A DNA stretch of 62,124 nt, the filler included. It is 11 parts of 11 records of this genome, joined end to end, with 100 filler letters (N's around TTAATTAATTAA, not from the genome) between each part and the next. Parts side by side here need not be neighbours in the genome. Positions count along the whole stretch, not along the records: positions 21,756 to 36,098 come from SRR11831585_806; positions 36,199 to 40,047 come from SRR11831585_808; positions 40,148 to 47,182 come from SRR11831585_811; 8 more parts are not named here. One strand, written 5' to 3'. Position numbers and translations under genes: made by a program. The notes below the pieces were generated by a model. It made no database searches, was not told the DNA's origin, and saw only the letters and a program-made list of their open reading frames with translations. Below are positions 33,794 through 44,170 of the stretch, in pieces. Within the stretch, counting starts at the first letter, position 1. The number at the start of each line of letters is the position of its first letter.

Positions 33794-34582
33794 TTAGCAC
33801 AGCGTGGCGATAATCACGCTGTCGGCATTAAAGTAGGCCGTGACATTCTGTCCTTGCTGAAGAGAAGTCGCTTCATTTACCGGCACTGTGGCGCACAGTG
33901 TTTGCCCGTCGGGTAGCGCCATTAATACTTCGCACTGCTCTGCGCCGCGCTCAATATGACTAATAATACCCGGTAATTGGTTGTCAGCGTTTTGCGCGAC
34001 CGCCTCGTCCTGAGTAATACCTACCCACGGCGCTTTTAGCAATATCAACACTTCTTTGCCTTCATCCAGCCCCAGACGCGCGCCGCTTTGTGCGGTAATT
34101 GCGACTTTCAGGCGTGTTTTTCCGTCAGCCAGTAAGACATCAACATGCTGTTGAACGTCATCATGATCGCGGGCGGTGATGGTACCGAACCACTGGTTAC
34201 GGGCGCTGGTTTGCAGTGAAAAACGTGAGATCGCGGCCAGCAGGCTGTTCAGCGGCAGGGCGTCATCGTCACTTAACACATCAAAGGCTTTTTGCTGGAT
34301 TTGCGCCAGTAAGTCATAGAGCTGAATCAGTCGCTGACCATAGCGGGTCAGTACTGCGCCGCCGCCACCTTTACCGCCTGTTGCGCGCTCGACCAGAATA
34401 TGCTCACTTAACTGATTCATCTCGTTAATGGCATCCCAGGCGCTTTTATAGCTAATACCGGCATCTTTCGCTCCCTGGCTAATGGAACCGGAAAGCGCAA
34501 TGTGTTTTAGTAGCGAAATGCGGCGCGGGTCGGCGAATAATTTTTGTTGGAGCTTAAGGGTGAGAAGGATTTCGGCCTGCAT
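33794..34582 (-). CDS. modE: Molybdate-responsive regulator ModE
   Basis: 262 aa; wHTH GSISQGAKDAGISYKSAW and TSARNQ TOBE domains. Confidence 0.98.
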   Translation of the reverse strand: MQAEILLTLKLQQKLFADPRRISLLKHIALSGSISQGAKDAGISYKSAWDAINEMNQLSEHILVERATGGKGGGGAVLTRYGQRLIQLYDLLAQIQQKAFDVLSDDDALPLNSLLAAISRFSLQTSARNQWFGTITARDHDDVQQHVDVLLADGKTRLKVAITAQSGARLGLDEGKEVLILLKAPWVGITQDEAVAQNADNQLPGIISHIERGAEQCEVLMALPDGQTLCATVPVNEATSLQQGQNVTAYFNADSVIIATLC

Positions 34583-34692
34583 AACAATGTCCTGGCAAAA
34601 GTCTTATTGTGACGGAAAACGAACGCCACGCAAAGCTGACCGCACAAAAGGGGAGTGCTTTTCTGTGCTTAGCGGTTAGAATAGTCTCATGA

Positions 34693-34860
<168 letters not shown>

Positions 34861-34867
34861 TTCCCTG

Positions 34868-34897
34868 AATGCCCGCTTAGTCGGGCATTTTCTTTTT
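34868..34897 (+). terminator. Rho-independent terminator of acrZ
   Basis: AATGCCCG-CTTAGT-CGGGCATT followed by a T-rich tract. Confidence 0.75.
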
Positions 34898-34983
34898 CTC
34901 AACTTCCTGCTTTTCCTGCCGATATTTTTTCTTATCTACCTCACAAAGGTTAGCAATAACTGCTGGGAAAATTCCGAGTTAGT

Positions 34984-35007
34984 CGTTATATTGTCGCCTA
35001 CATAACG
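34984..35007. promoter_or_regulatory. ModE operator of modABC
   Basis: CGTTATAT-TGTCGCCT-ACATAACG inverted repeat just upstream of modA. Confidence 0.85.
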
Positions 35008-35026
35008 TTACATTAAGGGGTTACCA

Positions 35027-35800
35027 ATGGCTCGTAAATGGTTGAACTTGTTTGCCGGGGCGGCACTCTCTTTCGCTGTTGCTGGCAATGCACTGGCAGA
35101 TGAAGGGAAAATCACGGTGTTCGCCGCCGCATCACTGACTAACGCAATGCAGGACATTGCTACGCAGTTTAAAAAAGAGAAAGGCGTGGATGTGGTTTCT
35201 TCTTTCGCTTCGTCATCTACTCTCGCCCGTCAGATTGAAGCGGGTGCGCCTGCGGATCTGTTTATTTCTGCCGATCAGAAATGGATGGATTATGCGGTTG
35301 ATAAAAAAGCGATCGATACAGCTACGCGTCAGACACTGCTCGGCAATAGCCTGGTCGTTGTAGCACCGAAAGCCAGCGTGCAGAAAGATTTCACCATCGA
35401 CAGCAAAACCAACTGGACTTCACTGCTGAATGGCGGTCGCCTGGCGGTTGGCGATCCGGAACATGTTCCCGCTGGCATTTATGCAAAAGAAGCACTGCAA
35501 AAACTGGGCGCATGGGATACGCTCTCTCCGAAACTGGCCCCAGCGGAAGATGTTCGTGGGGCGCTGGCGCTGGTCGAACGTAACGAAGCGCCTCTGGGCA
35601 TTGTCTACGGTTCTGACGCAGTTGCCAGCAAAGGGGTAAAAGTGGTTGCCACCTTCCCGGAAGATTCACATAAAAAAGTGGAATATCCGGTTGCTGTTGT
35701 GGAAGGGCATAACAATGCGACAGTGAAAGCATTTTATGATTATCTGAAGGGACCGCAGGCAGCGGAAATCTTTAAACGTTACGGATTTACAATCAAGTAA
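35027..35800 (+). CDS. modA: Molybdate ABC transporter periplasmic binding protein
   Basis: 257 aa; VFAAASL, FASSSTLARQI, HVPAGIYA motifs. Confidence 0.98.
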   Translation: MARKWLNLFAGAALSFAVAGNALADEGKITVFAAASLTNAMQDIATQFKKEKGVDVVSSFASSSTLARQIEAGAPADLFISADQKWMDYAVDKKAIDTATRQTLLGNSLVVVAPKASVQKDFTIDSKTNWTSLLNGGRLAVGDPEHVPAGIYAKEALQKLGAWDTLSPKLAPAEDVRGALALVERNEAPLGIVYGSDAVASKGVKVVATFPEDSHKKVEYPVAVVEGHNNATVKAFYDYLKGPQAAEIFKRYGFTIK

Positions 35801-36098
35801 TGATACTGACCGATCCAGAATGGCAGGCAGTTTTATTAAGCCTGAAAGTTTCTTCCCTGGCTGTGCTGTTTAGCCTGCCGTTTGGGATCTTTTTTGCCTG
35901 GTTACTGGTGCGTTGCACGTTTCCGGGCAAAGCTCTGCTCGACAGCGTACTGCATCTACCGCTGGTGTTACCGCCCGTGGTCGTCGGTTACTTATTATTA
36001 GTTTCGATGGGACGGCGCGGATTTATCGGTGAACGTCTGTATGACTGGTTTGGTATTACCTTCGCCTTTAGCTGGCGCGGCGCGGTTCTCGCTGCCGC
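35800..36098 (+). CDS. modB: Molybdate ABC transporter permease, 5' fragment
   Basis: MILTDPEWQAVLLSLKVS...HLPLVLPPVVVGY; truncated by linker. Confidence 0.97.
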
Positions 36099-36198
36099 NN
36101 NNNNNNNNNNNNNNNNNNNNNNNNNNNNNNNNNNNNNNNNNNTTAATTAATTAANNNNNNNNNNNNNNNNNNNNNNNNNNNNNNNNNNNNNNNNNNNN
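36099..36198. other. Artificial contig linker 5
   Basis: N44-TTAATTAATTAA-N44. Confidence 0.99.
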
Positions 36199-36247
36199 GG
36201 TCGGGGTCGATGTCTCCTGTGACATACAGCAATAACAAGGACGATAG

Positions 36248-36340
36248 CAACAACAACCACGACAACCACAACAACAACAACAACAATCACAACAACCACA
36301 ACAACAATAACAATCACAACAACCACCACAACAACAACAA
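36248..36340. repeat. Imperfect (CAA)n/(TTG)n microsatellite, intronic
   Basis: About 90 nt of CAA/CCA/CGA triplets lying 3' of the last confidently decoded exon on the minus strand. Confidence 0.85.
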
Positions 36341-36396
36341 CGTGTAGCTAGCAGAACCAACAATAACAAGCAAGCACATCCCGCGCTGAATCGTAC

Positions 36397-39300
36397 CGAG
36401 CGTAGCGACCGACTTGATCAGTTTGAAGTACGCACACAAACACGACGTCAACAGATCGTCTTCAATATACATGGACAGGAGCTCCTCGGTCACAGTCTTG
36501 ATCGCGATAATCATGAGCAGCACCACGTAGATGTTGTCAGAGAAGGTCTGTGTGTAGCTGAACTCCATGATGCTGAGCCACAGCACCGAGCAGATCACTG
36601 CACACACAAGCACACACAGTGAACACACACAGACAGACAGACAGAACACAGAAGAAGTGACGTAAGGGCACTGTGTAGCACAACCATGGGCTGCATGGTG
36701 CATAACATTGACTGTGGCGTTCTCTCCCACTGCGACACATCGGTATTCCTGGCTCGTTGCAACAGGAACACATACACACACATACATGCACAGGAGCGCA
36801 CATAGCCGCCCCCTCACAGCCGCACGTAAAAAACAACGGCCTGCAGCGTACCGCACACCACATAGAAGCCGCACTTGCGCCACGTGTTGGGCTGCCAGTA
36901 GCTGCGTTTGAGCTGGGCCTTCTGTTCACGCTCACCCGCTGTGGCCGTGCTTTCGATATCGGGGGACATCAAGTCCACAGCAACTTTGAGCGCATAGCAG
37001 CTCGACACGAAGAGAACCAAGCCCTGTTACACCCACAGAGAGAAAGACACGCACACACAGACACACACATGGCAAGTCAGTGAAGCAGATAAGAGAGGGT
37101 ATTGCTCTATGCCACAGCATAGTCGTGTGCGGTAACACACTTTCGGATGCAGCACTCACAAGATATGCGCTGTAACAGTTAAAGAGACTGCATGTGTAAC
37201 GATACTTATACTTGAGATACACAACAATATGTCTGTGTGTGACGTACCTCGCGACACATGCGGTAACGCTGTATAGCGTCTACATCGGGAATCAGCGTAT
37301 CACGTCCGTCACCCGCTATCGAATCAAACTGCGCAACGACAACAAAAACGGTCAGCGTCACTCGTACATCACCATAGACCCACACAAAGATAAGGAAAGC
37401 ACCAAGATGGTGTGTGCAGATGCAAAATACGTTCAGTGAGTATAGAGATACAAGTCGTTCCAAGCAAAGCAAACGAATCGCAACCGTGCGCATGGTCCAG
37501 ACACTCTCGTAAGATAGGACGAAACCGCAAACCGCACCCACTCTTTCCCTAAACCGCCACTCGCAACCACGTACAAAGGTCGTAAATTTGACCAGGCTGT
37601 ATGTGGTCATCAGGTACGCGGCAAAGGGCACGAGGGCCAGGGTCCCGCCGATAATACCGGGCGAAGACGTGAGCCACCACATACGTGCAAATCGGAAGGG
37701 CGGTGGCAGCACAATGCAAGTTGTTAGACGATGCACCAGCCAGAAGATAGCCTACATGCGTGCGTGCGTGCGTGAGTGTATGGTGAGTGATTGAGGTGAC
37801 AGAAACGAGACAGTGACGGATGCGTACTGGATGCTGCAACAATGCAACAGAGAGGCGTTCGCACGCATACAGAAAGAGACACCAACAAAATACAAACCCA
37901 CACCAACGAGCCCCGCGTACCGCAATCGGTATGTGCCCGATGACCACCACAATATACAGCACCACAAACAGATCCATGCCAAAGCCGAACGCGTTCATAA
38001 TTTCCATCCACTGCAGCGGCTCATACTGTATCTGCAGCGTGTAGTTCTTCTCGGTGGCGCTCCACGATCGAATCTCGATAGAGGCGGAGATAATTTGTTT
38101 GACACGGGAGTCGACCTGATAAAACCCCACACGCAGTGCGAGGTCCTGCGGGAAGTAGTTGCTGTCCGGCGCCGGGGCAGAGTCCGATGACACTAGACAG
38201 AGAGGGAATGAGAGGGTAAGAGAGAGAGTGAGACAGAGAGCAAACGTGTGTGTGAAACAATATGCGGAGAGGAGGAGGAGAGGTGCACGGAGACAATAGC
38301 AACATCACACTCACAACGAACTCCGGTATCACGCGCGCTCTGACACGATGATGATGAATTTGCACAAACAGTAACACGCGCACACACACACACACATATA
38401 CCCATACAAGCACGCACACACACACATACGTTGCTGATCAACAATCACCGACGCGTGCACACACATACTTTCCACCGCGATAAAGGCCGCAGTGCCCGGG
38501 ATGGCATCAAACGGGTTGTCGGCACTGAAGCGCTGCAGCAGGTCCGCCTTGGGGGCCGCGTCACGCACAAAGGCGAAGGGAGAGTCACCACTCTGCCACC
38601 AAAAGTTGCGTGTGACATCTACACAGCAGGCGGCGCGTGTGAGGGGGAGAGGAAGTCAAGTGTGTAAAACGCAAGCAGATGACGATTTTTGAATCCCGGC
38701 ATGTATTCCACCAGAGCGGCTTGCCGAATAAGGCACGAAGTAATACAGCCACACACACATATAGAGAGAGAGAAACAAACGGGGAAACGATCAAGAGAAG
38801 AACGCTACAACAGACACACAACCAGTATGCGTACCGTACTCTTCGTCCCATGTGCAGGACAGTGTGTAGTCGCAGTGGTCTGCGTTCGGGCTCTACACAG
38901 CGAAACACGCACAAAAGCTAAGCGCGGCGTCCAATAATCAAACTTGAAAACTGCTGTGTCCCACCGCCAACAACACTACACTACCCCCGACGCACACGTA
39001 CAGACAACGCAATCCTGACACACACACACACACACACGCATGCGTACCCCGAACGGATTGAAAGCGTTCACAGACACCGTCTCGTTCTCGTACACCAGCT
39101 CGCACACTTCCGGGTCTTCGAACGCCATAAAGATGGGAATAATGGAATCATAGCCCTTGCACTGCATCACGGCATACAGACGCATGAGGTGACACACACA
39201 CAAAGAGAGAGAGACACGAACACACACACAGATAGATAGGTAGGTTTACAACACGGAAAACATATAAATACATGCCGGGTACAACGAGTGCGACGTAAAC

Positions 39301-40015
39301 GACACGCATCGTCATCAGCCTCTCAGAAACACCGTACTGGCACCAATTAACACACAACACATACAAACACACACACGCGAACACCGCATGAGTACCATTT
39401 GTTCCAGACACAGACACACTAACGCAGACAGAGACAAAGAAAGGGAAAGCACACCCACGAACACACACCTGTGAGAAGAACGGCAGGTATGTGAGCGTGA
39501 CGTGGTCGTAATCAACCCAGAAGGCTTTCGGGTCCACACGGGTCTTGGTGAGCGGCACAAAGGGGTACGATTCGTTCACAGGGAGTCCTCTGCAAACCGC
39601 ACCGTCAACACAGGGGCAACCCACAGCAATGAAGAGTGGTGCAAAGCACCCAAGCACACTGCACATACAAACACAACAAACACAAACACACACACAGGCA
39701 TACTCACGAGATCACAGCACATCGCACATACGCATAACCCAAAGAATATTTCGTGACCCTCTCATCCTGGACCAGGTTCATCGGTAGCTCCGTCTCCAAG
39801 TTCTGCAACAACATCACCACAAACCGATCGGACCCGTCCAGTTCCGCACGCGAGGCCGTGTATGCGCTCACAGAGAGCGTGTCGGTGAAGCTGTCAAACT
39901 CAGGCAGGTAGCGGCCGTGATAGAGACGAACTTGAGTGCTAAAGGTAACAGGCGTGCCGAATGTGTATATGCCGAAGGTACTGAGGGAGTACTTGTAGAC
40001 GTCCGGGTTGATAAA
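36397..40015 (-). CDS. Large eukaryotic multi-pass membrane protein, internal fragment; 10 exons (40015-39732, 39589-39469, 39161-39048, 38892-38835, 38618-38469, 38192-37921, 37751-37575, 37328-37248, 37023-36852, 36597-36397), about 540 aa
   Basis: All nine GT..AG junctions are phase-consistent with no stops. The product has an extracellular-type Cys region (LTYLPFFSQCKGYDS...C...ADHC...CTWDEE) followed by 5-6 hydrophobic segments; both ends are missing. Confidence 0.82.
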
Positions 40016-40047
40016 CTACACACACACAGACGCACACACACACACAC

Positions 40048-40147
40048 NNNNNNNNNNNNNNNNNNNNNNNNNNNNNNNNNNNNNNNNNNNNTTAATTAAT
40101 TAANNNNNNNNNNNNNNNNNNNNNNNNNNNNNNNNNNNNNNNNNNNN
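40048..40147. other. Artificial contig linker 6
   Basis: N44-TTAATTAATTAA-N44; preceded by a (CA)n run at the contig edge. Confidence 0.99.
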
Positions 40148-40363
40148 GCTGCCCCGGCCTTCAGGGAACGCCTCGGCGATTTTGACGCCACCAACATCGG
40201 TGCAGTTTGTAATTAAAGCGCAAGAATATCTTTAAATGAAAACGAATACTCTACTGCTCCTTATGCATAACATTTCCTTTTAATTGCAACTTTACTCGTC
40301 CTTCCGCTTTCAGTAGTGTGTCATCGCGCATTTCGACTTCATCTTTGCAAGGACTGGGTTTTC

Positions 40364-41263
40364 ATGTTTTCTGGGCTGTTAATCATTCTGGTTCCCCTGA
40401 TTGTGGGTTACCTCATTCCGCTTCGCCAACAAGCTGCGTTAAAAGTTATTAATCAGCTATTAAGCTGGATGGTTTACCTTATTCTCTTTTTTATGGGTAT
40501 CAGTCTGGCGTTTCTCGATAACCTCGCCAGTAACCTGTTGGCGATTCTGCATTATTCTGCCGTCAGTATTACCGTTATTTTACTGTGTAATATTGCCGCC
40601 CTGATGTGGCTGGAGCGAGGCCTGCCGTGGCGCAACCACCATCAGCAAGAAAAACTCCCGTCGCGTATTGCGATGGCGCTGGAGTCGCTAAAACTGTGCG
40701 GCGTAGTAGTGATTGGTTTTGCCATTGGTCTAAGTGGACTGGCTTTCTTACAACACGCGACCGAAGCCAGTGAATACACGTTAATTTTGCTACTTTTCCT
40801 CGTTGGTATTCAGTTGCGCAATAATGGCATGACCTTAAAGCAGATTGTCCTTAATCGCCGGGGAATGATTGTCGCCGTGGTGGTGGTTGTCAGTTCATTA
40901 ATTGGTGGTTTAATTAACGCCTTTATTCTTGATCTCCCCATCAATACCGCGCTGGCAATGGCCTCCGGTTTCGGCTGGTATTCTCTTTCCGGTATTTTAT
41001 TGACCGAATCTTTTGGTCCGGTAATCGGGAGCGCGGCGTTTTTTAATGATCTGGCCCGTGAACTGATTGCTATTATGTTGATCCCTGGGCTGATTCGCCG
41101 CAGCCGCTCTACTGCACTGGGCTTATGCGGTGCCACATCAATGGATTTCACCCTGCCCGTTCTTCAACGTACTGGCGGGCTGGATATGGTCCCGGCGGCA
41201 ATTGTTCACGGTTTTATTCTTAGCCTGTTAGTGCCGATCCTCATCGCCTTTTTCTCTGCGTAA
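40364..41263 (+). CDS. lysO: L-lysine exporter LysO (YbjE)
   Basis: 299 aa MFSGLLIILVPL...; SGFGWYSLSG and GATSMDFTLP motifs. Confidence 0.96.
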   Translation: MFSGLLIILVPLIVGYLIPLRQQAALKVINQLLSWMVYLILFFMGISLAFLDNLASNLLAILHYSAVSITVILLCNIAALMWLERGLPWRNHHQQEKLPSRIAMALESLKLCGVVVIGFAIGLSGLAFLQHATEASEYTLILLLFLVGIQLRNNGMTLKQIVLNRRGMIVAVVVVVSSLIGGLINAFILDLPINTALAMASGFGWYSLSGILLTESFGPVIGSAAFFNDLARELIAIMLIPGLIRRSRSTALGLCGATSMDFTLPVLQRTGGLDMVPAAIVHGFILSLLVPILIAFFSA

Positions 41264-41296
41264 TACCTCTCTGGCGGTAGATCCCTGCCGCCAAAA

Positions 41297-41310
41297 TTGC
41301 GCTAAATCAA
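41297..41310. promoter_or_regulatory. FNR site of the hcp promoter
   Basis: TTGCG-CTAA-ATCAA versus consensus TTGAT-N4-ATCAA. Confidence 0.65.
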
Positions 41311-41369
41311 TCTCCCTTAAAGTTGCATGAAAAATCCCTTTTATCCCCGCGTTAAGCGTCTTAACCTTA

Positions 41370-41392
41370 AACATGTATATTAAATATAACTT
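41370..41392. promoter_or_regulatory. NsrR site of the hcp promoter
   Basis: AACATGTATATTAAATATAACTT resembles the 11-1-11 consensus AAGATGYATTT-N-AAATRCATCTT. Confidence 0.7.
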
Positions 41393-41406
41393 TAAAAGGT
41401 GTGATC

Positions 41407-43058
41407 ATGTTTTGTGTGCAATGTGAACAAACTATCCGTACTCCGGCAGGAAACGGCTGCTCATACGCGCAGGGGATGTGTGGTAAAACGGCGGAAACTT
41501 CTGACCTTCAGGATTTACTCATCGCGGCGCTGCAAGGGCTTTCTGCCTGGGCGGTAAAAGCGCGTGAATACGGCATCATCAACCACGATGTTGACAGCTT
41601 CGCGCCACGTGCCTTTTCTCAACCCTGACCAACGTTAACTTCGATTCTCCGCGTATTGTCGGCTACGCTCGTGAAGCGATTGCCCTGCGCGAGGCGCTGA
41701 AAGCGCAATGCCTGGCTGTAGATGCCAACGCGCGCGTCGATAACCCGATGGCTGACCTGCAACTGGTGAGCGACGATCTCGGCGAGCTGCAACGTCAGGC
41801 AGCAGAATTTACCCCTAACAAAGATAAAGCGGCGATTGGCGAAAACATTCTCGGCCTGCGTCTGCTGTGCCTGTATGGCCTGAAAGGTGCGGCGGCCTAT
41901 ATGGAACACGCGCATGTTCTCGGTCAATACGACAACGATATTTATGCCCAGTACCATAAAATCATGGCGTGGCTGGGGACCTGGCCTGCCGATATGAACG
42001 CGCTTCTTGAGTGTTCAATGGAAATCGGCCAGATGAACTTCAAAGTGATGAGCATTCTGGATGCAGGCGAAACCGGTAAATACGGTCACCCGACGCCAAC
42101 CCAGGTCAACGTCAAAGCGACGGCGGGTAAATGCATTCTGATTTCCGGTCACGATCTCAAAGATCTCTACAACCTGCTGGAACAGACCGAAGGCACGGGC
42201 GTTAATGTCTACACCCACGGCGAAATGCTGCCTGCGCATGGCTACCCGGAGCTGCGTAAATTCAAGCATCTGGTCGGTAACTACGGCAGCGGCTGGCAGA
42301 ATCAGCAAGTGGAGTTCGCTCGTTTCCCTGGCCCCATCGTGATGACCTCGAACTGCATCATCGACCCAACCGTAGGCGCTTATGACGATCGTATCTGGAC
42401 CCGCAGCATTGTTGGCTGGCCTGGCGTGCGTCATCTGGACGGTGATGATTTCTCTGCGGTTATCACCCAGGCGCAACAGATGGCAGGCTTCCCGTACAGC
42501 GAAATTCCGCACCTTATCACCGTGGGTTTTGGTCGCCAGACGCTGCTTGGCGCTGCTGATACGCTGATTGATCTGGTGAGCCGTGAAAAACTGCGTCATA
42601 TCTTCCTGCTTGGTGGCTGTGACGGCGCACGCGGCGAGCGCCACTACTTCACCGATTTCGCCACCAGCGTGCCGGATGACTGCCTGATCCTGACCCTCGC
42701 CTGTGGTAAATATCGCTTTAACAAACTTGAGTTTGGCGATATCGAAGGTCTGCCGCGTCTGGTAGATGCAGGTCAATGTAACGATGCTTACTCAGCGATT
42801 ATTCTGGCTGTCACTCTGGCAGAGAAACTGGGCTGCGGTGTCAACGATCTGCCGCTGTCGCTGGTGCTCTCCTGGTTTGAACAGAAAGCGATCGTCATTC
42901 TGCTGACGCTGCTTTCTCTGGGCGTGAAAAATATCGTCACCGGCCCGACTGCACCTGGTTTCCTGACACCAGACCTGCTGGCGGTGCTGAACGAGAAATT
43001 CGGCCTGCGTTCTATCACCACTGTTGAAGAAGACATGAAGCAACTGTTGAGCGCGTAA
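41407..43058 (+). CDS. hcp: Hybrid cluster protein Hcp (apparent -1 frameshift at 41614-41617, probably sequencing error)
   Basis: MFCVQCEQT...GMCGK start and the downstream frame ([22 protein letters not shown]) are split at GCCTTTTCTCA; restoring one T gives [11 protein letters not shown]; span is 1652 nt. Confidence 0.95.
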
Positions 43059-43069
43059 GGAGTTTGTCG

Positions 43070-44038
43070 ATGACGATGCCAACGAATCAATGCCCGTGGC
43101 GGATGCAGGTTCATCACATTACGCAAGAAACGCCGGATGTGTGGACGATTTCCCTGATTTGCCACGATTACTACCCATATCGCGCCGGGCAATATGCACT
43201 GGTCAGCGTGCGAAACTCAGCGGAAACGCTGCGTGCTTACACCATTTCCTCCACGCCAGGCGTGAGTGAATATATCACCCTGACCGTGCGGCGGATTGAT
43301 GACGGTGTCGGCTCCCAGTGGCTGACGCGCGATGTAAAACGCGGTGATTATCTCTGGCTTTCGGACGCGATGGGGGAATTTACCTGCGACGATAAAGCAG
43401 AAGATAAATTCCTGTTGCTGGCGGCAGGCTGCGGCGTCACGCCGATTATGTCGATGCGTCGCTGGCTTGCGAAGAACCGTCCACAGGCCGATGTGCGGGT
43501 GATCTACAACGTGCGTACGCCGCAGGATGTTATTTTCGCCGATGAGTGGCGTAACTATCCGGTAACGCTGGTGGCAGAAAATAACGTTACCGAAGGCTTT
43601 ATCGCTGGTCGTCTCACTCGCGAACTGCTGGCAGGTGTACCTGACTTAGCTTCACGTACCGTGATGACCTGCGGCCCGGCTCCGTATATGGATTGGGTAG
43701 AGCAGGAAGTGAAAGCGCTCGGCGTGACGCGTTTCTTTAAAGAGAAATTCTTCACCCCAGTAGCAGAAGCGGCGACCAGCGGTCTGAAATTCACCAAACT
43801 GCAACCGGCACGAGAATTTTACGCCCCGGTTGGCACCACGCTACTGGAGGCGCTGGAAAGCAATAACGTTCCGGTTGTCGCTGCCTGCCGTGCGGGTGTT
43901 TGCGGCTGCTGTAAGACAAAAGTGGTTTCCGGTGAATATACGGTGAGCAGCACAATGACGCTGACCGACGCCGAAATCGCTGAAGGTTACGTACTGGCCT
44001 GCTCCTGCCATCCGCAGGGGGATTTGGTTCTCGCATAA
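43070..44038 (+). CDS. hcr: NADH oxidoreductase Hcr
   Basis: 322 aa; RAYTISS, AAGCGVTP and 2Fe-2S CRAGVCGCC motifs. Confidence 0.98.
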   Translation: MTMPTNQCPWRMQVHHITQETPDVWTISLICHDYYPYRAGQYALVSVRNSAETLRAYTISSTPGVSEYITLTVRRIDDGVGSQWLTRDVKRGDYLWLSDAMGEFTCDDKAEDKFLLLAAGCGVTPIMSMRRWLAKNRPQADVRVIYNVRTPQDVIFADEWRNYPVTLVAENNVTEGFIAGRLTRELLAGVPDLASRTVMTCGPAPYMDWVEQEVKALGVTRFFKEKFFTPVAEAATSGLKFTKLQPAREFYAPVGTTLLEALESNNVPVVAACRAGVCGCCKTKVVSGEYTVSSTMTLTDAEIAEGYVLACSCHPQGDLVLA

Positions 44039-44170
44039 TCGCCTTATGCCCGATGATATTCCTTTCATCGGGCTATTTAACCGTTAGTGCCTCCTTTCTC
44101 TCCCATCCCTTCCCCCTCCGTCAGATGAACTAAACTTGTTACCGTTATCACATTCAGGAGATGGAGAACC

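Noticed and set aside
36147..36369. Poly-Val and poly-Cys (metallothionein-like) ORFs
   Set aside because: Translations of an intronic TTG/CAA microsatellite that run into the N-linker.
39650..39658. Possible 9-nt micro-exon (TGTGCTTGG on the minus strand) in the first decoded intron of the membrane-protein gene
   Set aside because: It is phase-compatible, but so is direct splicing, and its donor (GTGCTT) is weak; it cannot be supported without cDNA.
37206..39787. Many Cys/Val- or His/Thr-rich ORFs in the track
   Set aside because: They are read-through of TG/CA-repeat introns; only the exon portions listed in the spliced model look protein-like.
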